Part shown: positions 9,193 to 18,838 of the stretch, piece after piece
Layout of the letters: each line of letters begins with the position of its first letter
Position numbering within the stretch: position 1 is the first letter of the stretch
Assembly: GCA_949297645.1 (NCBI GenBank)
Contig: CASFUJ010000001.1
Coordinates: forward strand, 1-58,198
From: an uncultured Desulfovibrionaceae bacterium
GTDB lineage: Bacteria; Desulfobacterota; Desulfovibrionia; Desulfovibrionales; Desulfovibrionaceae
DNA length: 58,198 bases
Direction of reading: 5' to 3'
The notes under the pieces: generated by a model
Database searches by the model: none
What the model saw: the letters and a program-made list of their open reading frames with translations, nothing else
What the model was told of the DNA's origin: nothing
Made by a program: the position numbers and the translations under genes

Positions 9193-10749
9193 TCAGCGTA
9201 TTTCCCTGCCTGCATCAATACCCAGTTTTTTCATACGGGAACGCAACGTACTCGGATTCATCCCCAGAAGCTCTGCCGCTCCGCCCTTACCGTGCACGCG
9301 CCCTCCGGATTTTTCCAAAGCGCGACGAATATGCGCGCCGATAACGGTTTCCAGCGGCTCGAACGGCATGTCCGGCGTCGTGTGTACCTTGCTGACGACG
9401 CGTTCTGCGCCGACCTTGACGGGTGCGTGCAGCAGCGCGTTGCCGAAAACGATGCGAAAACGCCGACCTCCGGCGCCGCCGTTCCAGCAGATAAGGGCAC
9501 GCTCCACGGCATTCTGAAGTTCGCGGACGTTTCCGGGCCACGTCCATGCAAGCAGCTCTTCCATGTTGTCCCTGCTGATGGAGGGAATATCCCAGCCGGA
9601 GGCCTCGCACCGGGACGAAATGAAGTAGGAGACCAGAGGACGGATATCCTCAAGGCGTTCCCGCAGGGGAGGGATATACAGCGGAAACACGTTGAGCCGA
9701 TAAAAAAGGTCCTCGCGAAAGGTGCCGGACGCCACCATCTCCGGCAAAGAACGATGCGTGGCAGCGATGACCCGCACATCCACATCTATGGGGGTAAAAT
9801 CCCCGACCCGTCGAATACGCCCTTCCTGAAGTACCCGTAAAAGGCGTACCTGCGAAGCAAGAGAAAGCTCCCCCACTTCGTCAAGCATAAGCATGCCCTG
9901 GCTGGCCTGCTCGAAACACCCTTTCGTCGTTTTGGCCGCTCCGGTAAACGCGCCCTTCTCATGGCCGAACAGCTCGGAATCCACCAGATTTTCCGGAATA
10001 CAGCCGCAATTGATTTTAATGAACGGCCCGTACACTCTGGCTGAGGTACGGTATATGGTATCAGCCACGATTTCCTTGCCCGTGCCGGTTTCTCCCAGCA
10101 GCAGTACCGGACAGTCGTGCCTGGCTATGGCCAGAATATTTTCATAGACCTCCTTCAGACCGGGCAGGAGGGCAAGAGGAAGCACGTTGCGTTTGAAAGG
10201 AATGTCCGCTTCCTTCATCTGCGGTTCCTGCTTCTCGAAAAAACGGCAGAAAATATCACGCGCTGCAAGCAGCACCCCGGCATGACGGCGCGTATAACAG
10301 TTTTCCCGGCAAACTATTAAGGAAAAACCGCATACGACATTCCGACTGTTCACTGTCCGGAACATTATCATGGAAAAACGGGTATGAGGAAAAAGCTGTC
10401 GTATCAGGCCCAGCGATATGGAGTAGTCCATTTCGTTGCCTATGTGCACGACGCACGGCGACGCCATATTGAAGAGAAAACGCTGCTCTCTGGTGGCAAT
10501 GAAGCGGTAGTCCTTACGCTTATCGGAAATGGCAGGATACACATAATAACGGCTCTGCTGTTTCGCCGGAGAAGAATACGAAAGAAGCGTATATTCCACA
10601 GGAAAAAAGGGACGCACGGCTTCCAGCACTTTTTTCAGAATACCGTCATTGTCGTCTTCCGTGGCAAGGGCCTCCGTCAGACGCTCTTCCAGCTCCGGCG
10701 GCAGGCTGACCAGCTCGTCCCCGCAATTTTCCAAGGTAAAGGTACGCAT
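9193..10749 (-). CDS. Sigma-54-dependent transcriptional activator (GAF-like, AAA+, HTH)
   Basis: [49 protein letters not shown]. Confidence 0.95.
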   Translation of the reverse strand: MRTFTLENCGDELVSLPPELEERLTEALATEDDNDGILKKVLEAVRPFFPVEYTLLSYSSPAKQQSRYYVYPAISDKRKDYRFIATREQRFLFNMASPCVVHIGNEMDYSISLGLIRQLFPHTRFSMIMFRTVNSRNVVCGFSLIVCRENCYTRRHAGVLLAARDIFCRFFEKQEPQMKEADIPFKRNVLPLALLPGLKEVYENILAIARHDCPVLLLGETGTGKEIVADTIYRTSARVYGPFIKINCGCIPENLVDSELFGHEKGAFTGAAKTTKGCFEQASQGMLMLDEVGELSLASQVRLLRVLQEGRIRRVGDFTPIDVDVRVIAATHRSLPEMVASGTFREDLFYRLNVFPLYIPPLRERLEDIRPLVSYFISSRCEASGWDIPSISRDNMEELLAWTWPGNVRELQNAVERALICWNGGAGGRRFRIVFGNALLHAPVKVGAERVVSKVHTTPDMPFEPLETVIGAHIRRALEKSGGRVHGKGGAAELLGMNPSTLRSRMKKLGIDAGREIR

Positions 10750-10878
10750 GGCTCTCCTCTTTTGTGATATTCAGCACGTTATAGATAATTTTGCGAAATA
10801 CCACAATAAAAATTGCGGCATTTCACCATTTTTCGTTAGAGCACATTGTAATATATTGTTTTTATTTATAAATAAAAA

Positions 10879-10894
10879 CGGCACATCTTTTGCA
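10879..10894 (+). promoter_or_regulatory. Sigma-54 promoter of the flavoenzyme-TTT operon
   Basis: CGGCACATCTTTTGCA, GG-N10-GC; 14/16 identical to the site at 1636. Confidence 0.85.
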
Positions 10895-10961
10895 AAGAAA
10901 AAAATATCCTTCAGCCCTTTTGCCGATGCGTTCTTGGGAGCGCATCTTCCGGAGATGTTTC

Positions 10962-12938
10962 ATGAGCTTTTTCCCTCATCTTTTTGCGCCGCTTAAAATA
11001 AAAAAAATCCGTTATCGCAACCGGGTATGGGCCTCGCCGACAGCCATGGCCATGCAGTTTCTTACCCCTGAGGGATTTCTCCGTCCCGAAGGCATCGAGC
11101 ATTTCCGCAACCGCGCTCTGGGAGGGGCGGCCGTCGTCACACTGGGAGAATCCGCCGTTGACAACGACTTCGCTCTGTCCCACTACCACAGTCTCAATCT
11201 TTACGACAAAAGAGCCCTGCCCACACTGACGACGTTTACCGATGCCATCCATCAGGCAGGCGCCGTTGCCTCCGTAGAAATCTCCCACGGCGGCCGATAT
11301 GCGCTTCCTGAGCTCATCGGCAAGAACCCCATCGGTCCTTCCGCCGACATTCTGCCCAACGGCGTTCATATCGACCCCATGACGGAAGAACAGATGGACA
11401 AAGTAGCCGACAACTTTGCCGACTGCGTAGCGCTTCTGAAGAATGCCGGCTTTAAAATGTGCATGCTCCACGGAGGACACGGCTGGCTGCTCAGCTCTTT
11501 TCTTTCCCCCGCGGATAACCGGCGGACGGACAAATACGGCGGTTCGCTGGAAAACAGGGCGCGTTTTCCTCTTATGGTGCTGGAGCGTATTCGTCGCAGA
11601 GCCGGCGAGGATTTCGTCATCGAGCTGCGCATGAGTGCGTATGAAGGCGACGACAAGGGCATCACGCTGGAAGACGCCCGGAAATTCGCCCTCATGGCAG
11701 AGCCCTATGTCGATTTGCTGAACGTTTCCTGCGGCGCCAGAAGACTGCTGCACACCCGTGTGGAGCAGACGCCTTCCGGTTTTCTTCCTCCCGCCTCCAA
11801 CGTCCACTGGGCGGAAGACATCAAGGCCGCCGGCGTCAGGATTCCCGTCGTAGCGGTAGGCGGCATTTCCGACCCTGCCTTTGCCGATGCGCTCATTGCG
11901 GAGGGCAAGGCCGACTGCGTCGCCATGGCCAGAGCCTTCATTGCCGACCCCGAGTGGGCCAACAAGGCGCGCCGCGGACAGGCCGATCAGATTCGTCCCT
12001 GCATCAAATGCTACAACTGTCTTGATGAAAAGAACGGTCGCGTGTTCGGCGGTGGTGCAACCTCCTTTACCCTCGACGTCGTCAAGCGTTACGCCTGTTC
12101 CGTCAACCCCCGCATCGGCATAGAACAGGATATCATTCCTCCGGCGACACGCTGCAGAAAAGTGCTGGTCATCGGCGGCGGTCCTGCCGGCATGCAGGCC
12201 GCCATTACCGCGGCCGAGCGCGGGCACGACGTCGTGCTTCTTGAAAAGTCCGACAGACTGGGCGGTCAGCTTCTCTTCGCCGACACCGTTCCGTTCAAAT
12301 ACAGTCTGAAGGATTTTCGCGACTATCTTATCCGCCGCGTCGGCAAGCTGCCCATCGACGTGCATCTGAACACCTGCGCCACGCCGGAACTGGCCCGCTC
12401 CTTTGCTCCCGACGTCATCATAGCAGCCTTCGGCTCCTCGCCGTTCTCCCCCAATATTCCCGGCATGGACGGCGACAATGTGCTGACCGCGGCAGAAGCG
12501 CACATGCATCCGGAAAAGGTCGGACAGAAAGTTGTCGTCGCCGGAGGCGGGGATACCGGGTGCGAACTGGCAGGTCATCTGCACCAGCTCGGCCGCGAGG
12601 TCTCCATCGTGGAAATGAGAGATTTCGTTGCCCGCGATACCGGCTTCACGCTGCGCATTGCCCTTATGGACATCATTGAAGGTAAAGTGAACTGCCTCAC
12701 CCGCTCCAAACTCGTGTCCATCGGCAGAAACAGCGTGGATATCGAAGGAGCCGACGGAACCATTTCCACCGTTCCCGCCGATACCGTCGTACTTGCCCTC
12801 GGCTCCCGTCCCAGAGAACAGGAGGCCGAAGCCTACAGAGAAATCGCTCCCGATTTCTGGATTATCGGAGACTGCCGGGAGGCGAAAAACGTCCGCAACG
12901 CCATACGCACCGCGTATGACGCCGCATGCAGACTGTAA
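10962..12938 (+). CDS. NADH:flavin oxidoreductase (OYE barrel + 4Fe-4S + FAD/NAD domain; enoate reductase/BaiCD/FadH-like)
   Basis: HGGHGWLLSSFLSP..NRRTDKYGGSLENRARF, PCIKCYNC..CSVNP, VLVIGGGPAGMQAA, GGGDTG; RBS GGAG before ATG 10962. Confidence 0.92.
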   Translation: MSFFPHLFAPLKIKKIRYRNRVWASPTAMAMQFLTPEGFLRPEGIEHFRNRALGGAAVVTLGESAVDNDFALSHYHSLNLYDKRALPTLTTFTDAIHQAGAVASVEISHGGRYALPELIGKNPIGPSADILPNGVHIDPMTEEQMDKVADNFADCVALLKNAGFKMCMLHGGHGWLLSSFLSPADNRRTDKYGGSLENRARFPLMVLERIRRRAGEDFVIELRMSAYEGDDKGITLEDARKFALMAEPYVDLLNVSCGARRLLHTRVEQTPSGFLPPASNVHWAEDIKAAGVRIPVVAVGGISDPAFADALIAEGKADCVAMARAFIADPEWANKARRGQADQIRPCIKCYNCLDEKNGRVFGGGATSFTLDVVKRYACSVNPRIGIEQDIIPPATRCRKVLVIGGGPAGMQAAITAAERGHDVVLLEKSDRLGGQLLFADTVPFKYSLKDFRDYLIRRVGKLPIDVHLNTCATPELARSFAPDVIIAAFGSSPFSPNIPGMDGDNVLTAAEAHMHPEKVGQKVVVAGGGDTGCELAGHLHQLGREVSIVEMRDFVARDTGFTLRIALMDIIEGKVNCLTRSKLVSIGRNSVDIEGADGTISTVPADTVVLALGSRPREQEAEAYREIAPDFWIIGDCREAKNVRNAIRTAYDAACRL

Positions 12939-13049
12939 AACGGTTTTCCGGGGCAGGACCGGAACGCCTCGGCCCTGCCCCCTTATCCTTGCTTCTGAAC
13001 CTTCCATGAGGCGGCTGCATTTTCTTTTTCGACAACCTGAGGGGAAACT

Positions 13050-14543
13050 ATGTTTTCAAGCATTTTCGCAGGCATCGCAAATTTCGCCGACCCGGCCATC
13101 TGGCTGTGTCTGGCGGGAGGCACAATACTGGGCCTGGTGCTCGGCCTCATTCCCGGCGTGGGCAGTCTGATAGGCATGGCTCTGTTTCTGCCGTTCACCT
13201 TCATGCTTGAACCGCTGCAGGCCATGCCCTTCCTGGTGGCCATGAGTGCGGTAGGCTTCACGGGCGGCTCCATCACGGCCGTGCTGCTGGGCGTCCCCGG
13301 AGACGCTGCCAATGTTGTAACAACCTTTGACGGCTATCCCATGGCGCAGAGGGGTGAAGGAGCCAGAGCCGTGGGTGCCGCGCTTACCAGCTCCCTGATA
13401 GGCGGCGTCATGGCTACCGGATTCGCCATCCTCATGATGTTTGCCATCATGCCCATTGTCATGAACATCACGTCCAGAGAAATGGTCTTCATCATCCTCA
13501 TCGGCCTTTCGTTCATCTGCCTTCTGGGGAAGGGCGACAGGATGAAAAGCCTCATCAGCGGCTGCATAGGCATGCTGCTTTCCTGCGTGGGACTGGTATC
13601 CGTTACCGGCGAACCCCGGTTCACGTTCGATATTCCCGCGCTGTTCGAAGGGCTCACCCTCATCCCCGTTACGCTGGGGCTGTTTGCCGTGCCGCCCATG
13701 GTGGAACTCGCCATGCAGGGCGGCAGCGGTACCATTTCTCATAACGACGTCGGCAAAATCACCATGCGCGACACCATGAAGGGCGTATGGGACGTGCTTC
13801 ATCACAAGTTTCTCTGCTTCAAGTGCGCGATTATCGGCTATTTCTTCGGCGTTGTCCCCGGTGTCGGCGCCAACGCCGCCATATTCATTGCCTACGGACA
13901 CGCCCGCAGCGTCTCCCCCAACGGCAACAACTTCGGCAAGGGAGAAATCGAAGGCGTCATCGCCCCTGAAAGCTGTAACAACGCAAAGGAATCCGGTTCC
14001 TGGCTCACCACCCTCGCCCTCGGCGTACCCGGTTCGGCCACGGGCGCCATGGGCCTCGGCGCCCTTCTCATGCTGGGCGTCATGCCCGGCCCGGCCATGC
14101 TGACGGAAAAACTCGACCTGACCACCACGCTGCTGCTTTCCGTGGCGCTGGCCAACGTGCTGGGCTTTCTGTTCTGCTTCCCGTTCGTATCCCACATCGC
14201 AAAGGTGGCCAAGGTTCCGGGACGAATCCTCGTTCCGCTGGTGCTGGTACTCATCGTTACCGGCTCCTATGCGTTCCGCTGCATGCTGGAAGACCTCATC
14301 ATTCTTCTTGTCTTCAGCCTTATCGGTATTCTTGTACGATACTTCCGCTATAACGCGGGCAGTCTTCTCCTCGGCTTCCTGCTGGGTTCCATCTTCGAAT
14401 CGTATCTGTTTATCAGCCTGCAGGCCGAAGGTATCACCTTCTTCATGCATCCCATTCCCCTCTTCCTCATGGGATGCCTTGTTCTCTTCCTGCTCTGGCC
14501 CGTACTCCGTAAGATTTTCGGAAAAGGAGAAGTCGAATGTTGA
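13050..14543 (+). CDS. tctA: Tripartite tricarboxylate transporter large permease
   Basis: GLIPGVG, GGSITAVLLGVPG, TTFDGYPMA, GVIAPESCNNA, TLALGVPG motifs. Confidence 0.92.
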   Translation: MFSSIFAGIANFADPAIWLCLAGGTILGLVLGLIPGVGSLIGMALFLPFTFMLEPLQAMPFLVAMSAVGFTGGSITAVLLGVPGDAANVVTTFDGYPMAQRGEGARAVGAALTSSLIGGVMATGFAILMMFAIMPIVMNITSREMVFIILIGLSFICLLGKGDRMKSLISGCIGMLLSCVGLVSVTGEPRFTFDIPALFEGLTLIPVTLGLFAVPPMVELAMQGGSGTISHNDVGKITMRDTMKGVWDVLHHKFLCFKCAIIGYFFGVVPGVGANAAIFIAYGHARSVSPNGNNFGKGEIEGVIAPESCNNAKESGSWLTTLALGVPGSATGAMGLGALLMLGVMPGPAMLTEKLDLTTTLLLSVALANVLGFLFCFPFVSHIAKVAKVPGRILVPLVLVLIVTGSYAFRCMLEDLIILLVFSLIGILVRYFRYNAGSLLLGFLLGSIFESYLFISLQAEGITFFMHPIPLFLMGCLVLFLLWPVLRKIFGKGEVEC

Positions 14544-14995
14544 ATGTCCGATACCGCAATATTCTTTCTCTTTGCGTGATACTGCTCTTTACGCTGTTTG
14601 TTCTTCTTCAGACGACGAAACTCGACTACTTCAACAGTCAGATCATGCCCATCGTCATCTGTTCCATCCTGACAGTCCTTTCCGTTATCGCCATCATCAT
14701 GGAAATAAGAAAAATAAAGCTCTGTGCGGGGCGTTCTGACGAGCAGTCGATATCGCTCTCTCAAAGCCTTCTCTATCTTCTGCCTCTTCCCGCACTGTGC
14801 GCGCTTGTATGGGTAACGGGCTTCTACGGCGGTATTTTCCTTTTCGTCTCGGCCTATAACCGTATGGCCGGAGGCTCATGGAAAGAAGCCCTTGCCGTCG
14901 GCGCAATCATGTCTGTGCTGATATGGCTCATCTTCAGCGTGGCTCTACAGGTGGATCTCACATCCGGCCTGATTCTGGAACACTTCAACAACTGA
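14537..14995 (+). CDS. tctB: Tripartite tricarboxylate transporter small permease
   Basis: 152 aa, about 4 TM segments, between tctA and tctC. Confidence 0.8.
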   Translation: MLNVRYRNILSLCVILLFTLFVLLQTTKLDYFNSQIMPIVICSILTVLSVIAIIMEIRKIKLCAGRSDEQSISLSQSLLYLLPLPALCALVWVTGFYGGIFLFVSAYNRMAGGSWKEALAVGAIMSVLIWLIFSVALQVDLTSGLILEHFNN

Positions 14996-15021
14996 CCCAT
15001 CACAACGCAAAAGGAGACACC

Positions 15022-16053
15022 ATGAACAAACTGCTGCGTTTCAGTCTCACCCTGGTCTGTACGGCCGCCCTGCTCTTTCAGGCGGGAACGTCCTTCGCCG
15101 CCCAGAGTGCGGAAGAATTCTACAGAACCCATAAGGTAACGCTCATCATCGGCACCAAGGCCGGCGGCGGCGCCGACTTCGGCGGTCGCCTTCTGGCAAA
15201 ATACTGGAAAGAGGTCACCGGCGGCGAAATGGTGGTCAAGAACATGCCCGGCGCCGCCGGCGTTGTCGGCCTGAACTACATGGCCAACAGCGTCAAGCCC
15301 GACGGCCTGACCATGAACATCATCATGTACGCGGAAGCCTATCTGGTTCCCTGCCTCACCAAGAGCCCCGTAGCCCGCTATGACGCCTCCAAGTTCAATT
15401 ATATAGCCGGCTGCTTCCTCGAACCCTGGTTCCTTGTGCAGTCCGAAAAATTCAAGACCATTGACGACCTGCGCGGCCAGAAGGACCTGAAGTACGGCGC
15501 CATGCTTCCTTATGGCTCCAACTCCTTCATTGCACTGCCGCTGTTCGACACCCTGAACCTCAAGGCCAAAGTCGTGACCGGCTACCAGAGTCAGCCTGAC
15601 GTACAGCTCGCCGTCGGCAAGGGTGAAATCGACTTCACCATGGCAGGCGTGACCCAGACCATGCGTCAGGTGGACCAGGGCGTACTGCCCCGTCCGCTGC
15701 TCGTCATGGACAAGGAACGTTGCCCTGCCGTTCCCGACATCCCCGCACTGCCCGAGCTCGTCTCCATGACGCCCGAACAGCAGAAACTCTTTGAAAAGTC
15801 CCTCATGCTCGGCGTCGCCGCCAGAATGTTGGCCATGCCCGAAGGCGTGCCGCAGGACCGCGTCCAGTACGCGCGTAAGGTCATCCGTCAGATTGCCAGC
15901 ATGCCGGCCTTTGACGAAGAAGCGAAGAAAGTCTTCCTCACCGGCGGCAACTTCATGCTCGACGATGAACTGGATGCGTTCATCAAGGATACCTTTGCGC
16001 TCAATTTTGATGAAATGAAGCAGATTCTCGACAAGTACATCACCGTAAAGTAA
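15022..16053 (+). CDS. tctC: Tripartite tricarboxylate transporter substrate-binding protein
   Basis: Signal peptide, AGGGADFGGR, VVKNMPGAAG, KPDGLT; RBS AAGGAG. Confidence 0.88.
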   Translation: MNKLLRFSLTLVCTAALLFQAGTSFAAQSAEEFYRTHKVTLIIGTKAGGGADFGGRLLAKYWKEVTGGEMVVKNMPGAAGVVGLNYMANSVKPDGLTMNIIMYAEAYLVPCLTKSPVARYDASKFNYIAGCFLEPWFLVQSEKFKTIDDLRGQKDLKYGAMLPYGSNSFIALPLFDTLNLKAKVVTGYQSQPDVQLAVGKGEIDFTMAGVTQTMRQVDQGVLPRPLLVMDKERCPAVPDIPALPELVSMTPEQQKLFEKSLMLGVAARMLAMPEGVPQDRVQYARKVIRQIASMPAFDEEAKKVFLTGGNFMLDDELDAFIKDTFALNFDEMKQILDKYITVK

Positions 16054-16066
16054 CAGAGGCATCCCC

Positions 16067-17458
16067 ATGTCAGAAAGCCGCATGCCCTACTCCTGCGACG
16101 CACTGCTCCATCATATCTGCGCCGCTTCCTATGAAAAACTCCCTCAGGAAACCGTTGTTCGCACAAAAATGACGCTGGCGGATATTCTGGGCTGCATCAT
16201 CGGCGGCTGGAAGGACTGGGGAGCAAACGCTCTTGCCGAATACATGACTGACCTGGGAGGAGCGCCCCAGGCGACCCTGTGGGGGCGGGATGTCCGCCTT
16301 CCCGCCCCTCAGGCGGCCTTTGCCTGCGCTTCAAGTGCCCGCGCCTTTGACTACGGCGCTGTAGAAAGTAACGCCCCCGGCACCTTCGACAAGCCTCTGC
16401 ACGGCGCGGAGACGACGGTTCCCGCAGCTCTCGCCGCTGCGGAAAGCCGGCAGTGTTCCGGAAAGGAACTGCTCGCCGCGCTGGCCCTCGGCGAAGATAT
16501 GGCGGGACGGCTGACCGCCGCCCTTTCCTTCGCCGTACCCCTCGACTGCAGAGGCAGTGTCAACACCCTTGCGGCTACCGCCACCGCCGCGAATCTGCTT
16601 CGCCTGAACGAAGAACAATGCGCGGCCGCCCTCGGTCTTGCCGTGCATCAGCTCAACGGCGTCAAGCAGGGAATCCATTTCAGCATAGGGCAGGGTTTTT
16701 CCGCACGGCAGGGTATCTTATCCGCAGAACTGGCGGCACGCGGTCTGTCCGGAGTGGAAGACCTTCCTGCCGAGCTGAAAAAAATCTGTGACGCCCTGCA
16801 CGGGACTTTCAACCCCGAACCGCTTTTCCATGAGCTGGGAACCCGCTTCTATTCCACGGCCACCTTCAAACCCTACCCATCCTGCCGGGCCACTCACGGC
16901 GCCATAGAATGTGGCCTTCAGGTTCTGGAGCAGGGGCTCTCTGTGGACGACATCCGGAACATTCGTCTGCATGTTTCCCCATGGACGAAAAAACATCTGG
17001 TCAGCCGTCCGTTCCGCATCCGGCGCTATCCCCACAGCGACGCTGTATATTCTATCGAGTATGCCCTTGCCAGCGTGCTTCTGCGCCGCCGCTGTACCGT
17101 GGACTGCTACACCGATGAAGCCATCCGCGATACCCGGATTGCCGAAATCATCAAAGCCATGGAACTGACCACTGAAAACTGGCCGCTGAAGGAAGACGAT
17201 ATTTTCCTCTCCACCTTCCTTGAAGTCTTCACCAGGGACGGCCGCTGCCTCAAGGCCCATGTCCGCCTTCCTCTCGGGCATGAAGATATGGGTACGCCCG
17301 TAACTGTCGAAGGAAAACAGCGGAAGTTCATCGACAACTGCATGGCGGGCGCCGGTATTGACGCGGAAAGTGCCATGCGTGCCTGGCGCATGGTCATGGA
17401 CATGGAACATCTGCCCAGTCTCGCGCCGCTGGCCGCCGCCCTTCATCGCAAGCGCTGA
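16067..17458 (+). CDS. MmgE/PrpD-family protein (divergent)
   Basis: LADILGCIIGG, VPAALAAAE..SGKELLAALALG, FKPYPSCRATHGAI. Confidence 0.88.
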   Translation: MSESRMPYSCDALLHHICAASYEKLPQETVVRTKMTLADILGCIIGGWKDWGANALAEYMTDLGGAPQATLWGRDVRLPAPQAAFACASSARAFDYGAVESNAPGTFDKPLHGAETTVPAALAAAESRQCSGKELLAALALGEDMAGRLTAALSFAVPLDCRGSVNTLAATATAANLLRLNEEQCAAALGLAVHQLNGVKQGIHFSIGQGFSARQGILSAELAARGLSGVEDLPAELKKICDALHGTFNPEPLFHELGTRFYSTATFKPYPSCRATHGAIECGLQVLEQGLSVDDIRNIRLHVSPWTKKHLVSRPFRIRRYPHSDAVYSIEYALASVLLRRRCTVDCYTDEAIRDTRIAEIIKAMELTTENWPLKEDDIFLSTFLEVFTRDGRCLKAHVRLPLGHEDMGTPVTVEGKQRKFIDNCMAGAGIDAESAMRAWRMVMDMEHLPSLAPLAAALHRKR

Positions 17459-17479
17459 GCAGCTCCCGAGGTGCGATGC

Positions 17480-18679
17480 ATGACTGCGCGCTTTCATAAA
17501 AACGGTCGCGCCGCCCTGCTGGCCGGTGTTCTGGTATCCTTGGTCAACGGCATACTCTACGCATGGTCTGTCTTCATTCTGCCCATAGAACAGGCCACAG
17601 GCTGGACAAGGCCCCAGACCTCCCTCGTTTTCACCTTCATCCTTATTTTCTTCGGAACGGGCATGATGACGGGCGGCTACATCATGCGCCGCTTCGGCCC
17701 CACGCTTACGGCGGCAGGCGGAGGGCTGCTGCTGGCCGCAGGGCTTGCCGCTTCGGCCTTTGCGACAAGTCCGTGGCAGCTTGTGCTGGCATACGGCATG
17801 ACCGGCGGCTACGGCATAGGCGTGGCCAATATCGTGCCCCAGTCCACCGGTTTGAGCTGGTATCCGGAAAGGCGCGGCATTGTGTGCGGTCTCATGGCGT
17901 TTTCTCTCGCAAGCGGCACCGTCGTGCTCGGCTCCGGCCTTGCCGGTACCATTCTGCCCGGTCTCGGCGTGTCCCACACGCTGCTCTGCATGGCGGGACT
18001 CGTTCTGCTCATCAGCCTCCCCGCAAGCCTGCTGCTTTCCTGCAAAGCCGTCCCGCCGGAAAACGGCGCGCCTTTGAAACCAACGGAAGGACTCACTACC
18101 GGACAAATGCTTAAAACGACACGCTTCCGCCTTGTCTGGCTGTGGACCCTGGCGCTGCAGACCGGCGGGCTGATGGTGGTGGGGCATGTCGTACCCTATG
18201 CGGTGGAACAGGGGGCAACGTCCGCGCAGGCAGGCTTTGCCATGGGCGTCTATGCAGTGGCCAACGGCGTGGGACGGCTGCTGTTCGGACTGCTGTTCGA
18301 TAAAAAGGGCTGCTTCTTTGCCCTGCTTACGGACGCACTGTGCATGATTGCCGGCCTGCTTCTGCTCACCGTCCTTCCCGCTGCCCTCGGCTACGGCGGG
18401 CTGCTGTGCGCCCTCATCCTCATAGCCCTTGCCTTCGGCGGCACCATACCGCAGTTTTCCGCGTTCATTGCTCAGAACTTCGGCCCCGCCCACCTGGAAA
18501 CCAATATCGGCATGACCGCCACAGTATTTCTCATTGCCGGTTTCGCAGGGCCCTATGCCGGGGGCTGGATACACGCCGCTACCGGAAGCTACTCCATGGC
18601 CATACTGCTGTCCGCCGCCATCGGCTGCGTCGGCGTAGTCTCCGTTTTGCGCCTTCCCCGGTACCTGAAACGCCCATAA
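17480..18679 (+). CDS. MFS transporter, OFA/OxlT-like
   Basis: GILYAWSVF, WYPERRG, ANGVGRLLFG..D; about 12 TM segments. Confidence 0.88.
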   Translation: MTARFHKNGRAALLAGVLVSLVNGILYAWSVFILPIEQATGWTRPQTSLVFTFILIFFGTGMMTGGYIMRRFGPTLTAAGGGLLLAAGLAASAFATSPWQLVLAYGMTGGYGIGVANIVPQSTGLSWYPERRGIVCGLMAFSLASGTVVLGSGLAGTILPGLGVSHTLLCMAGLVLLISLPASLLLSCKAVPPENGAPLKPTEGLTTGQMLKTTRFRLVWLWTLALQTGGLMVVGHVVPYAVEQGATSAQAGFAMGVYAVANGVGRLLFGLLFDKKGCFFALLTDALCMIAGLLLLTVLPAALGYGGLLCALILIALAFGGTIPQFSAFIAQNFGPAHLETNIGMTATVFLIAGFAGPYAGGWIHAATGSYSMAILLSAAIGCVGVVSVLRLPRYLKRP

Positions 18680-18797
18680 GGCTCCGGCATGTTCTCAAAA
18701 AACAGCCCGGAAAACGCCCCGCCCCTTTCAGGCATGCGGGGCGTCTTCTATGTTCAACAAAGGAGGGGCGCCGTGGACCTCTGTGTGCTTTCGCGCA

Positions 18798-18830
18798 TAA
18801 AAAAAAGCACCTGCATCACTGCAAGTGCTT
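18798..18830 (-). terminator. Intrinsic terminator downstream of tRNA-Leu
   Basis: A-tract then AAGCACCTGCA-N-TGCAAGTGCTT stem; gives hairpin plus U-tract on the minus strand. Confidence 0.65.
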
Positions 18831-18838
18831 GAAATATC

